This document shows positions 1-8,786 of a stretch of DNA of 64,000 bases, piece by piece; the first letter of the stretch is position 1, and every line of letters starts with the position of its first letter. Source of the DNA: an uncultured Enterobacteriaceae bacterium (lineage in GTDB: Bacteria; Desulfobacterota; Binatia; Bin18); contig CAYTVL010000005.1 in NCBI GenBank assembly GCA_964441775.1, positions 160,395 to 224,394 on the forward strand, written 5' to 3'. The notes beneath the pieces are model-generated. The model did no database searches, was not told the DNA's origin, and saw only the letters and a list, made by a program, of their open reading frames with translations. A program made the position numbers and the translations under genes.

Positions 1-25
1 TTGAAGGCAGCATAGGGGGTAGGTC

Positions 26-1336
26 TCAGCAAGTCAAGACAGAAACCGCAATAGTCTCCACATGGTAGGACTGCGGGAACAAGTCAAGCGGTTGCACGCT
101 CTGAAGTTGATAACCGTGTTGGCGTAGTCGTCGTAGATCTCGCGCTAAGGTTGTTGGGTCACACGAGACATACGCGATCGTTCGCGCCCCAAGCTGCGGC
201 AAATCATCTATCACTTCCACCGCCCCGATTCGCGGTGGATCAAGCACCACCACATCACCTTGCATCTTGTGACTGAGCAACCCTTGCACGCCTGCGCGGG
301 CGGCGGCCTGAACAAATCGTACGTTGGCGACACCAGCACGTGCAGAATTCGCGCGCGCATCGGCGATCGCTCGGCTGTCTTGCTCGATGCCAATCAGTTC
401 GCGTGCGCGGCGAGCAAGCGGCAGGCTGAAATTTCCAGCGCCACAGTATAACTCAACCACACGGTCTTCGCGTTGCACCCCGCTGAGCTGCAGCAGCGCA
501 TCGACAAGGCCCCGATTCGCCGCAGGGTTTACTTGGGTAAATCCGCCTCCTCTCACCATCAGAGTGTCTTGCCCCACTCGCAGCAAGAACGAGGGCTCTC
601 CCCACTGCCACTGCTGCTCTTTCCCTTGGAGCAGCAGTCCCTTGACGTGTGGGTGCGTCTCAAGGAAGCGTTGACACACACGCTCATCTCCTCTTCGCAG
701 AGAGCCGACCAACTCGGCGTAGAAAGTCACTTTTTGTGATTTAGTTTCTTGTGAAGCATCTTGCGTGCTTGGCGCGTCGATCGCCAACTCCACTTGTCGC
801 ACCGTCGTATGCAACGAGGCCAGCCATTCCCGCACGTCTCGTAAGTGTTCCTCAACGCCTTCCCACGCAATCAGGCACGAGTCGATCTCCACCAGTTGGT
901 GAGACCGAGGAGGGGAGAAGCCGACTCGCGCCTGGTGATCCACACGCAAACGGATACGATGCCGGTAGCGCCACTCCTGCGGCGCAGGGATAATCGGCAA
1001 GAGAGGAATTTCGTCAAAGCCGCCGATTCGCTGCAATTGCTCACGTACGCTTGCTTCTTTAGCACGGAGTTGTTCACTGTAGGTGAGCTGCTGCCACGGG
1101 CAACCGCCGCACTGGCGTACGTAGGGACAGGGAGGCTCACGGCGATGCGGCGAAGCAGCCACAAGCAACACCACATGGCCCGTCGCATACCCTTTTTTTT
1201 CTTGATCCAGTACAATTTCAACTTCATCACCCGGAGCAGTTCCCGGGACAAACACTACTTTCCCACTTACACGACCAACACCAGCCGGACCGTAGGAAAG
1301 GCGATCAATAGTGAGGGCAACAGTTTGGGAAGGCAT
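26..1336 (-). CDS. rlmD: 23S rRNA (uracil-5-)-methyltransferase, RlmD/RumA family (TRAM domain + Fe-S cluster + SAM methyltransferase)
   Basis: 436-aa ORF with an N-terminal TRAM-like beta-barrel region (VEIVLDQEKKGYATGHVV), a Cys cluster CPYVRQCGGCPWQQ typical of RumA-type enzymes, a SAM-binding motif VELYCGAGNFSLPLA and a conserved C-terminal catalytic-Cys region (YVSCDPTTLARDL). Confidence 0.8.
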   Translation of the reverse strand: MPSQTVALTIDRLSYGPAGVGRVSGKVVFVPGTAPGDEVEIVLDQEKKGYATGHVVLLVAASPHRREPPCPYVRQCGGCPWQQLTYSEQLRAKEASVREQLQRIGGFDEIPLLPIIPAPQEWRYRHRIRLRVDHQARVGFSPPRSHQLVEIDSCLIAWEGVEEHLRDVREWLASLHTTVRQVELAIDAPSTQDASQETKSQKVTFYAELVGSLRRGDERVCQRFLETHPHVKGLLLQGKEQQWQWGEPSFLLRVGQDTLMVRGGGFTQVNPAANRGLVDALLQLSGVQREDRVVELYCGAGNFSLPLARRARELIGIEQDSRAIADARANSARAGVANVRFVQAAARAGVQGLLSHKMQGDVVVLDPPRIGAVEVIDDLPQLGARTIAYVSCDPTTLARDLRRLRQHGYQLQSVQPLDLFPQSYHVETIAVSVLTC

Positions 1337-1347
1337 ATACTAAGGAA

Positions 1348-1435
1348 AAAGTCGAAAGTCGTCAGGTCGCCAAGTTGTTGTGAGACCGAATGTACTGTGA
1401 GACTTGACGACCTGCTGACTCTAGACTTTCAACTC
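1348..1435. repeat. 7-nt-periodic AAGTC/GACTT repeats (AAGTCGA AAGTCGT CAGGTCG ... GACTTGA CGACCTG CTGACTC TAGACTT) in the divergent rlmD/GNAT promoter region
   Basis: Direct reading of the intergenic sequence. It shares the 11-mer GACTTGACGAC with the region upstream of the MFS gene at 63001-63024. Confidence 0.6.
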
Positions 1436-1470
1436 AGCATTCGCAACGGGTTTTCTCTCAGAAAGAGTTT

Positions 1471-1923
1471 ATGGTAGACATGCCTGCCATGCATGACGGG
1501 GCACTGAGCATACGTCGCGGCAGGCGCACGGATCTTCCCGCGCTGCTGAAGTTGTTGCATGCGGAATCTCTGGTTGCGATCGACAAAGCACAGGCGCGTC
1601 ACTGGCGTCGTTTGGCAAGCGATCCGGGACTTGATTTCTATGTCGCGGAACGCAACGGCGCCATTCAAGGCGCGTTCCTCGTCTGTTATGTCCGCGCGCT
1701 TCGCACGCATGGCTGGCAAGGCGTTCTCGATGTCGCATTCTCTCACACTTTGACCTCTTCACTGGAGCAAGAGTTGTTGAACTTTGCCAAAGCACGGGCG
1801 CGCAAGCACGGCTGCCGACAATTAGTGATGTGGCCCCGAGAGGCGCAAGAGCGGGGCTATCTTGCAGCGCTTGCTCAAGGCGGGTTCCACCCCATTGGCG
1901 ACCTGTTATCTTGTGCTCTATAA
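1471..1923 (+). CDS. GNAT family N-acetyltransferase
   Basis: 150-aa ORF; acetyl-CoA-binding-like core (RGRGYLAALAQGG region) and overall GNAT length and pattern. Substrate unknown. The start could be one of the internal Met codons (MPAMHDG). Confidence 0.5.
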   Translation: MVDMPAMHDGALSIRRGRRTDLPALLKLLHAESLVAIDKAQARHWRRLASDPGLDFYVAERNGAIQGAFLVCYVRALRTHGWQGVLDVAFSHTLTSSLEQELLNFAKARARKHGCRQLVMWPREAQERGYLAALAQGGFHPIGDLLSCAL

Positions 1924-1951
1924 AGCTGAATAGAGACGAGAAAAGAAAGAG

Positions 1952-2281
1952 GTGCATGTGTTTCGATTTGTTTTGGGATTACTGTTAGGGATTATTCTTG
2001 GGTCGGGCGGAACAGCCTACTTCTTTTCAGTGGCGGGAGGAGGGGACTATTTATTGGCGTCAAGTCAACGTGTCCACAAACTAGAACAAGATCTTCAACG
2101 GGTGAGCCAAGAGCGAGACGTGGTGACGAAAAAACTGGAAGACACCACGACCCGCGTCCAGGAAATAGGGAACAAGTTTGAAGCGTTGGAGCGTCGCTTT
2201 CGCGCCCTTGAGGAGTCTTCCGGCAAACCCCCTCTAGAGAAACCTCAAGAACAGGGACACGACGCCCCTCCGGATGCGTGA
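1952..2281 (+). CDS. small membrane-anchored coiled-coil protein (hypothetical)
   Basis: 109-aa ORF with a GTG start preceded by AGAAAGAGG; one N-terminal TM helix (FVLGLLLGIILGSGGTAYFF) followed by a heptad-like charged coiled coil (LEQDLQRVSQERDVVTKKLEDTTTRVQEIGNKFEALERRFRALEE). Confidence 0.4.
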   Translation: MHVFRFVLGLLLGIILGSGGTAYFFSVAGGGDYLLASSQRVHKLEQDLQRVSQERDVVTKKLEDTTTRVQEIGNKFEALERRFRALEESSGKPPLEKPQEQGHDAPPDA

Positions 2282-2437
2282 GTAGCGTAAAAGATGGGAA
2301 ACGGGAGATGTAAGAGGGAAGAGGAAGAAATTTCTTTCTTGTTTGTTTTCTGTTTTACGTCTTTCGTCTTCTATCTCTCGTCTTAATGCTTCGCCTTCCG
2401 TCTTATATCTTCCCTCTTCCGCCTTTCCGTACAGGGC

Positions 2438-2467
2438 TTGACCCGCTCACCACACAGAAGCTATTAA
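2438..2467 (+). promoter_or_regulatory. sigma70-like promoter for tRNA-Pro (-35 TTGACC, 18-nt spacer, -10 TATTAA)
   Basis: TTGACC at 2438-2443 and TATTAA at 2462-2467, ~35 nt upstream of the tRNA 5' end. Confidence 0.4.
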
Positions 2468-2500
2468 ATGCAGACTATTGGCTTCAGGAGCGTGCCGCGT

Positions 2501-2577
2501 CGGGGTGTGGCTCAGCCTGGTAGAGCACACGGTTCGGGACCGTGGGGTCGCTGGTTCGAATCCAGTCACCCCGACCA
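2501..2577 (+). tRNA. tRNA-Pro (anticodon CGG)
   Basis: Cloverleaf read by eye: acceptor CGGGGTG/CACCCCG, D-arm GCTC..GAGC, anticodon stem CACGG/CCGTG with loop TTCGGGA (anticodon CGG), T-arm GCTGG-TTCGAAT-CCAGT, discriminator A and encoded CCA. Confidence 0.9.
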
Positions 2578-2636
2578 TTTTTCTCGTGAATTCTCCTCTC
2601 TTTGATCTGGCGGTCTCAGCCGAACATTGCTGAGTG

Positions 2637-3248
2637 ATGTACATGGTAGCCCTGTTGGTCATCATTCTCGCGTACCTATGTGGATCTATTCCTACTGGTG
2701 TCCTTATTGGCAAAAGGCTGGGGATCGATGTTCGCAAAGTCGGCAGCGGAAACATCGGCGCGACCAACGTTGCGCGCAGTGCAGGCAAGAAAGCGGGAAT
2801 ACTCACCCTCTTGGGCGATGCGGCCAAAGGCTTGATTCCAGTCCTCATCGTTCGCGCTCTTGACTTGGGCGACACCCTGCTCGCCTGCGTCGCGGTTGTG
2901 GCGTTCCTGGGTCATCTGTATTCGCCATTTCTGGGCTTCTCCGGCGGGAAAGGGGTAGCAACTGGGCTCGGCGTGTTCCTTGGGTTGGCGCCGCAAGCGA
3001 TTTTGCTTTCCCTCATCTTTTTTCTCCTTGTCTTCGCGGCAAGTCGGATTGTGTCGTTGGCGTCGCTAGCGGCAGCCGGCGCCACGCCGATCCTTTTGCA
3101 CGTGTGTGCTTATCCGCCATCACACGTGCTTGCCGGGTTTATCATTGCCGGGTTTATTATTGTTCGTCATCGTGAAAATATTAACCGTTTGCGCAAAGGC
3201 CAAGAGGCAAAGTTCAGCATCAAAAAGTCTTCGTCCCCTGCTGCTTAA
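2637..3248 (+). CDS. plsY: glycerol-3-phosphate acyltransferase PlsY (acyl-phosphate dependent)
   Basis: Polytopic membrane protein with the PlsY signatures LAYLCGSIPTG, SGNIGATNVAR and GGKGVAT. The start is ATG 2637 or 2643; the ORF track extends to a GTG at 2634. Confidence 0.85.
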   Translation: MYMVALLVIILAYLCGSIPTGVLIGKRLGIDVRKVGSGNIGATNVARSAGKKAGILTLLGDAAKGLIPVLIVRALDLGDTLLACVAVVAFLGHLYSPFLGFSGGKGVATGLGVFLGLAPQAILLSLIFFLLVFAASRIVSLASLAAAGATPILLHVCAYPPSHVLAGFIIAGFIIVRHRENINRLRKGQEAKFSIKKSSSPAA

Positions 3249-3348
3249 AAATATGGCGGTGCATGGAAACTAGGCAGCCAGTGCGAGAGAGGTAGGAGAA
3301 AAGTTGCTGTTTTTTCAGAGCAATTAAAGCAATAGACCGCTGCTGCCT

Positions 3349-3363
3349 TGGCACTAGTCTTGC
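3349..3363 (+). promoter_or_regulatory. sigma54 (RpoN) -24/-12 promoter, TGGCAC-N5-TTGC, upstream of glnB-glnA
   Basis: Exact TGGCACtagtcTTGCT match to the sigma54 consensus, ~150 nt upstream of the glnB start. Nitrogen-regulated glnB/glnA operons are classically sigma54/NtrC dependent. Confidence 0.6.
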
Positions 3364-3400
3364 TCGCTTACTCTTAAGCTGCAAACGCTACCAACGTTGA

Positions 3401-3865
<465 letters not shown>

Positions 3866-3916
3866 TTTATCAACGCAGATGAAGAGTCGCATTTCAGTGA
3901 AGGAGGATCGTAGGGT

Positions 3917-5329
3917 ATGACCCCGAAAGACGCAGTGCGTATGGCGCGCGAACAAAATGCCGAGGCAGTAGACCTCAAATTCATGGACCTGCTCGGCACA
4001 TGGCAACATTTCACCATTCCCTTGAGTGAATACGAAGAAGATATCTTCGAGGAAGGGCTCGGCTTTGATGGATCGTCGATTCGCGGGTGGCAGGCTATCA
4101 ACGCCTCAGACATGTTAGTGATACCTGATCCAGCCACGGCGGTCATAGACCCATTTTGCGCGGCGCCAACCTTGAGTTTAATATGCAACATTGTTGACCC
4201 TATCACCAAAGAAGATTATACCCGCGATCCCCGCAACATCGCCCGGAAAGCCGAAGCCTACCTGCAGTCCACCGGCGTTGGTGATGTGGCGTATTTTGGT
4301 CCAGAGCCGGAGTTTTTTATTTTTGACGATATCCGTTTCGACCAGAACTCACATGAATCGTACTATCACGTTGATTCTGTCGAAGGTGTTTGGAACTCTG
4401 GCCGAAACGAAGGCCCGAATCTCGGCTATAAACCTCGCTACAAAGAAGGCTACTTTCCAGTCCCACCCATTGACTCCCAGCAAGACATCCGCACTGAGAT
4501 GATCCAACTCATGGAGAAAGTGGGAATTCGCGTTGAGAAACATCATCACGAGGTGGCCACAGCCGGGCAAGCCGAAATCGACATGCGTTTCCTGCCGCTC
4601 GTGAAGATGGCCGATGCCCTCCAGTGGTACAAATACATTGTCAAAAACGTCGCGAGGAAACATGGCAAAACGGCGACGTTTATGCCCAAGCCGATCTTTG
4701 GCGACAACGGCTCCGGTATGCACACCCATCAATCGGTCTGGAAAGGTGAGAAGCCTTTGTTTGCGGGAGATGGATATGGCGGCATGAGCGAATTCGCGAT
4801 GCATTACATCGCCGGCATCATCACGCATGCGCCAGCTCTTTGCGCCATCGTCGCGCCGACGGCGAACTCCTACCGTCGTTTGGTGCCGGGCTTTGAGGCG
4901 CCGGTGAATTTGGCGTACTCGTCTCGGAACCGTTCGGCTGCGGTTCGCATCCCTATGTATTCCGCTAGCCCGAAGGCGAAACGTATCGAGGTGCGCTTCC
5001 CCGATCCTTCCTGCAACGGTTATCTTGCCTTCGCCGCTATGTTGATGGCGGGTCTTGATGGCGTCGAACGCAAACTCAACCCTGGCAATCCGCTTGACAA
5101 AGACATTTATTCATTAACGCCGGAAGAACTGGAACATGTCCCCTCCGTCCCAGGCTCGCTGGAAGGCTCTCTGCAAGCACTGGAAAAAGATCACGCGTTC
5201 TTACTGAAAGGCGACGTGTTCACGGAAGACGTGATCCAAACCTGGATTGAGTACAAACGCGCCAAGGAGCTCGATCCGTTGCGCTTACGTCCGCATCCGT
5301 ACGAATTCGCCCTGTACTTCGATGCGTGA
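3917..5329 (+). CDS. glnA: glutamine synthetase, type I
   Basis: 470 aa with full-length GSI hallmarks ([54 protein letters not shown]). Located immediately downstream of glnB. Confidence 0.95.
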   Translation: MTPKDAVRMAREQNAEAVDLKFMDLLGTWQHFTIPLSEYEEDIFEEGLGFDGSSIRGWQAINASDMLVIPDPATAVIDPFCAAPTLSLICNIVDPITKEDYTRDPRNIARKAEAYLQSTGVGDVAYFGPEPEFFIFDDIRFDQNSHESYYHVDSVEGVWNSGRNEGPNLGYKPRYKEGYFPVPPIDSQQDIRTEMIQLMEKVGIRVEKHHHEVATAGQAEIDMRFLPLVKMADALQWYKYIVKNVARKHGKTATFMPKPIFGDNGSGMHTHQSVWKGEKPLFAGDGYGGMSEFAMHYIAGIITHAPALCAIVAPTANSYRRLVPGFEAPVNLAYSSRNRSAAVRIPMYSASPKAKRIEVRFPDPSCNGYLAFAAMLMAGLDGVERKLNPGNPLDKDIYSLTPEELEHVPSVPGSLEGSLQALEKDHAFLLKGDVFTEDVIQTWIEYKRAKELDPLRLRPHPYEFALYFDA

Positions 5330-5356
5330 TCGTCTGCCACAGAACTGATCTCCGAG

Positions 5357-5392
5357 AGGGGGGAAGAGGAAACTCTTCCCCCCTTTTCTTTT
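5357..5392 (+). terminator. rho-independent terminator after glnA
   Basis: GGGGGGAAGAG-GAAA-CTCTTCCCCCC perfect 11-bp stem followed by TTTTCTTTTC. Confidence 0.75.
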
Positions 5393-5506
5393 CTAGAGGC
5401 TGGAGGTATACCTCCTCAGGCCCTTTACAGAGGAAAGAAGCGAGAGGAATTCCTACAGTGGGCCAAACGGTATCGGCTCACCTCGGCACGATAAGGAGAA
5501 CGCAGT

Positions 5507-6439
5507 ATGTTGCTCGACGGGAAAGTTGCGATTGTTACAGGCGCAGGCCGCGGCATTGGGCGTGAAGAAGCGCTGTTATTAGCCAAACATGGAGCAAAAG
5601 TCGTCGTCAATGACCTCGGCGGTCATTTTGACGGCACTGGCCAAGACACGCGCCCAGCCCAACAAGTGGTTGACGAAATCAAATCCGCTGGCGGCGACGC
5701 TGTCGCCAATTATGAAAATGTCGCCGACTTCAAAGCCGCTAAGCGCATCGTGCAGTGCGCCATCGACACTTTCGGGAAACTCAATATCTTGGTGAACAAT
5801 GCCGGTATCCTACGCGACCGCATGATCTTCAATATGGCGGAAGACGAGTGGGACGCGGTGATCGCCGTACACATGAAAGGCACGTTTAATTGTACGCGTC
5901 ACGCCTGTGAATACTGGCGCGAACAACACAAACTTGGCAACATTCTCAATGGCCGCGTCATCAACACGTCCTCCGACTCCGGTTTGCTCGGCAACGTTGG
6001 TCAGCCAAACTATGGCCCTGCGAAAGCCGCCGTCGCTACACTAGCGGTGGTCGTCGATGCGGAAATGCAGAAGTATGGCGTGACCGCCAATGCGATCGCT
6101 CCGGTCGCACGCACGCGACTCACAGTGGACGCAACCCCACAAACCGCGGCGGTCATGGCCGCCAAAGAAGGCGAATTTGACATTTTTGACCCCGCCCATG
6201 TAGCGCCCTTGGTGGTGTGGCTTAGCAGCGACGACGCCGCGAGCGTCCACGGAGAGGTGTTCCGCGTCGGCGGCGGCGTCGTGTGGCTCATGCAAGGCTG
6301 GCACACCGCCGGGACGGTCAGCAAGCGAGGCATGTGGGAACCAGCAGACCTCGGCTCGCAATTGAAAGTTGAACTCGCCAAAGGCGGGACTAAAAAAGAA
6401 TCCATGCAGGAAGTCTTCCGGGCGTTGAGGCAATCATAA
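5507..6439 (+). CDS. SDR family NAD(P)-dependent oxidoreductase
   Basis: N-terminal TGAGRGIG Rossmann motif, NNAG, and a catalytic S...Y..K arrangement (NTSSDSG...YGPAK); 310 aa with a C-terminal extension. Confidence 0.8.
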   Translation: MLLDGKVAIVTGAGRGIGREEALLLAKHGAKVVVNDLGGHFDGTGQDTRPAQQVVDEIKSAGGDAVANYENVADFKAAKRIVQCAIDTFGKLNILVNNAGILRDRMIFNMAEDEWDAVIAVHMKGTFNCTRHACEYWREQHKLGNILNGRVINTSSDSGLLGNVGQPNYGPAKAAVATLAVVVDAEMQKYGVTANAIAPVARTRLTVDATPQTAAVMAAKEGEFDIFDPAHVAPLVVWLSSDDAASVHGEVFRVGGGVVWLMQGWHTAGTVSKRGMWEPADLGSQLKVELAKGGTKKESMQEVFRALRQS

Positions 6440-6567
6440 CCTCCCACCCCACAGGAACATCTCCTGCGGTCTTATGGGTGGGGGGCAGGCAGACATGGAT
6501 TTGGTGTGGGGGAGGCGGTAGTATAACCTCTCTCCACCCGCCCGTTTTTATTTTTTAGAAAACTATC

Positions 6568-7068
6568 GTGATTCCACAAGCGCTGTTCAACGTCCTGATT
6601 ATCTGTCACGCCAACACCAGCCGCAGCATCATGGCGCACGCCTTCCTGAAAAAGCTGCTGTCGGAGCGTGATATCGACCACATTCGCGTGCGCTCCGGCG
6701 GTATCGCCATTTATGCGCGCGACAACATGATCCCCTCCCTGGATGCACGATTAGTCCTGCGAGAATACGGTATCGACCTGCGGGACAATGACCTCGCTTC
6801 CATTGACTTAAAACGGCATCGCCATCTCATCGATCAAGCGGATCTGATTCTGGCCATGACGCAGGAGCAAAAACAGATGCTCGACGCCTATCCGGAAGCG
6901 ACGGGCAAACCCGTGTTCACGCTTAAGGAATTCGCCGGAGAACAAGGAAACATCGACGACCCCGCCATGCAAGGCGAAGAGGTGTTTCGCGCCCGCATGA
7001 TTGAAATCCGCCGCTGTCTAGAAAAGTCCTTCGAGAATCTGCTAAGACTATCGCATGAACGCTTTTAA
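6568..7068 (+). CDS. low-molecular-weight protein phosphatase family (LMW-PTP / arsenate-reductase-like fold)
   Basis: P-loop C-X5-R(S) motif CHANTSRS at the N-terminus and a DP motif near the C-terminus; ~165 aa; GTG start. Confidence 0.7.
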   Translation: MIPQALFNVLIICHANTSRSIMAHAFLKKLLSERDIDHIRVRSGGIAIYARDNMIPSLDARLVLREYGIDLRDNDLASIDLKRHRHLIDQADLILAMTQEQKQMLDAYPEATGKPVFTLKEFAGEQGNIDDPAMQGEEVFRARMIEIRRCLEKSFENLLRLSHERF

Positions 7069-7471
7069 GAATCCCTCGGACGCCGTCATTCACGATATTC
7101 TTGCCAATCCCAAAACGATCGCCGTGGTCGGCTGCTCTCCAGACCCGGACCGGGACAGTCACCAAATCGCCGCGTTGCTCAAAGCCAAAGGCCACCGAGT
7201 TATTCCGGTGAATCCGACCAGTACGGAAATTCTCGGCGAACGCTGCTATACGTCCGTGCGCGACATACCAGAACCCGTAGACATGGTAGACGTTTTTCGT
7301 CGCCCGGAATTTGTGGACCAAATCGCCGGTGACGCCATTGCCGCCAAGGCGAAAATTTTGTGGCTTCAGCTTGACGTGATCAACGAAGCGGTTGCGGGTA
7401 AGGCGCAGGCCGCTGGCCTCACCGTGGTCATGGACCGCTGCCCGGCCATTGAGTATCGGCGATTGTTTTAG
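7055..7471 (+). CDS. CoA-binding domain protein (YccU/YneT-like)
   Basis: IAVVGCS...R..H.....L...G..V.PVNP pattern of the small CoA-binding Rossmann-like family. Its start overlaps the phosphatase gene end by 14 nt. Confidence 0.7.
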   Translation: MNAFKNPSDAVIHDILANPKTIAVVGCSPDPDRDSHQIAALLKAKGHRVIPVNPTSTEILGERCYTSVRDIPEPVDMVDVFRRPEFVDQIAGDAIAAKAKILWLQLDVINEAVAGKAQAAGLTVVMDRCPAIEYRRLF

Positions 7472-7480
7472 TTGTGCGCC

Positions 7481-8047
7481 ATGTCAAAACGTCCGCTCCA
7501 TAATCTCCAACCCTGGCAACGGCTCGACTCTGAGACGGTCTATACGTGTCGGATTTTTTCGCTGCAGAAGAATCGCAATCGTTCCCCACGCGACGGACGC
7601 GAGCACGACTTCTTTGTCTTGGAGAGTGGAGACTGGGTCAACATCATCCCGGTCACGCCGGACGATCAAGTGGTCTTGATCCACCAGTACCGACACGGGG
7701 TCGAAGAGTTTACTTTAGAAATTCCCGGCGGCATGGTCGACCCGCATGATCCGTCGCCTTTGCACGCTGCCCGCCGTGAGATGCAGGAAGAAACCGGCTA
7801 CGACTCGGAGGACGTGGTTCTCCTGGGCGCTATCCACCCGAACCCCGCCATTCAAGGGAACCGCTGCCACACTTTTCTGGCGCGGAACGTCGAGAAGCGC
7901 TTCGAGCTCCAGTTCGATACGACTGAGGAGACCGAGGTCATTCTCGTCCCTCGCGTACAGCTTCCGGAATTAGTGCGCCAAGGGAAAATTACCCATGCGC
8001 TCGTCGTCACGGCATTTTACTGGTTTACTTTGTTCCAACAGTGCTGA
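7481..8047 (+). CDS. NUDIX hydrolase (ADP-ribose pyrophosphatase-like)
   Basis: Nudix box GGMVDPHDPSPLHAARREMQEETGY (G-X5-E-X7-REUXEEXGU). The ATG at 7481 is preferred over the TTG at 7472. Confidence 0.8.
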   Translation: MSKRPLHNLQPWQRLDSETVYTCRIFSLQKNRNRSPRDGREHDFFVLESGDWVNIIPVTPDDQVVLIHQYRHGVEEFTLEIPGGMVDPHDPSPLHAARREMQEETGYDSEDVVLLGAIHPNPAIQGNRCHTFLARNVEKRFELQFDTTEETEVILVPRVQLPELVRQGKITHALVVTAFYWFTLFQQC

Positions 8048-8170
8048 TGCCGCACCCCAGTCCTTCCGGTTCCAGCTCTAGTAGACTACCACAACGAAGA
8101 TGATGGGAGCGCGACCGTCTTGGTCGCACTTTTCGCGAGCGAGACGCCCGCGCCCCAATGTGGAGCACTA

Positions 8171-8635
8171 CTACCGTTTGTCACGAGAAGCAGCCAGCAG
8201 CGCGTGAAATTGCGCCTCGGTCGGCGCTTTTTCTATGCTGGGAAGCGCAGCACTCAAACAGTCCCAGGGCTGCGCGCTGCCGCTCCATACCTGCACGGCA
8301 GGTTGGAACTGGCTGGGCTCATCTAGACTAGCAGCCCACAGTCCTTGCAGGTCTAGGACCAGCTCCGCTTGAATAAAAAGCGGAGAGCCGCAGGCTGAAC
8401 AAAATCCCCGGCTCACCACCCTGCCGCTCTCCGCTTTGATGCTGTGGTATGTGCTTTGTCCCGTGATGCTCAACGCCGTTTTCGGGACATAGAGCACAGG
8501 GCAAAAGGCCCCGCCGCTCGCTCGTTGACAATCTCGACAGTGACAATTCCAAGAGAAGGCCGGGACCGCCGCGCATTGGTAGCGAATCGCGCCGCACGCG
8601 CAACCGCCGGTAAAGGGCACTCGCATAAGCAACAC
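8171..8635 (-). CDS. GFA family protein (glutathione-dependent formaldehyde-activating / CENP-V-like zinc domain)
   Basis: GGCACGAIRY...CHCRDCQRASG...CSACGSPLF Cys pattern diagnostic of the GFA/CENP-V domain. Confidence 0.75.
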   Translation of the reverse strand: MLLMRVPFTGGCACGAIRYQCAAVPAFSWNCHCRDCQRASGGAFCPVLYVPKTALSITGQSTYHSIKAESGRVVSRGFCSACGSPLFIQAELVLDLQGLWAASLDEPSQFQPAVQVWSGSAQPWDCLSAALPSIEKAPTEAQFHALLAASRDKR

Positions 8636-8705
8636 TCCTCCCTGCCCAGGTCCTTATCACTTCAAGTTGCGCAACAAAAGAGGCTGAAATTTTTGCGAAG
8701 GTGGC

Positions 8706-8728
8706 ACAGTTTGTGAATCATTCACAAA
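8706..8728. promoter_or_regulatory. perfect 11-1-11 palindrome AGTTTGTGAAT-C-ATTCACAAACT, candidate operator ~60 nt upstream of the porin gene
   Basis: Seen directly in the sequence. It is a 7-1-7 core TGTGAAT-C-ATTCACA, Fur/CRP-like in form but matching neither consensus exactly. Confidence 0.4.
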
Positions 8729-8786
8729 CTCGGGAGTGAAGATTTTCTGTCTTTCCCTTCAACTATTTGAATTGACTGGAGGCGCG

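Noticed and set aside
324-1477. + strand ORFs 324..674 and 845..1477
   Set aside because: They are antisense to the well-supported rlmD gene and have low-complexity Arg/Ser-rich translations.
2501-2577. tRNA-Pro (and tRNA-Leu at 33691-33774) as integration sites of a genomic island
   Set aside because: No integrase/recombinase gene, no direct repeat of the tRNA 3' end, and no obvious compositional break were found flanking either tRNA. The neighbours are housekeeping genes.
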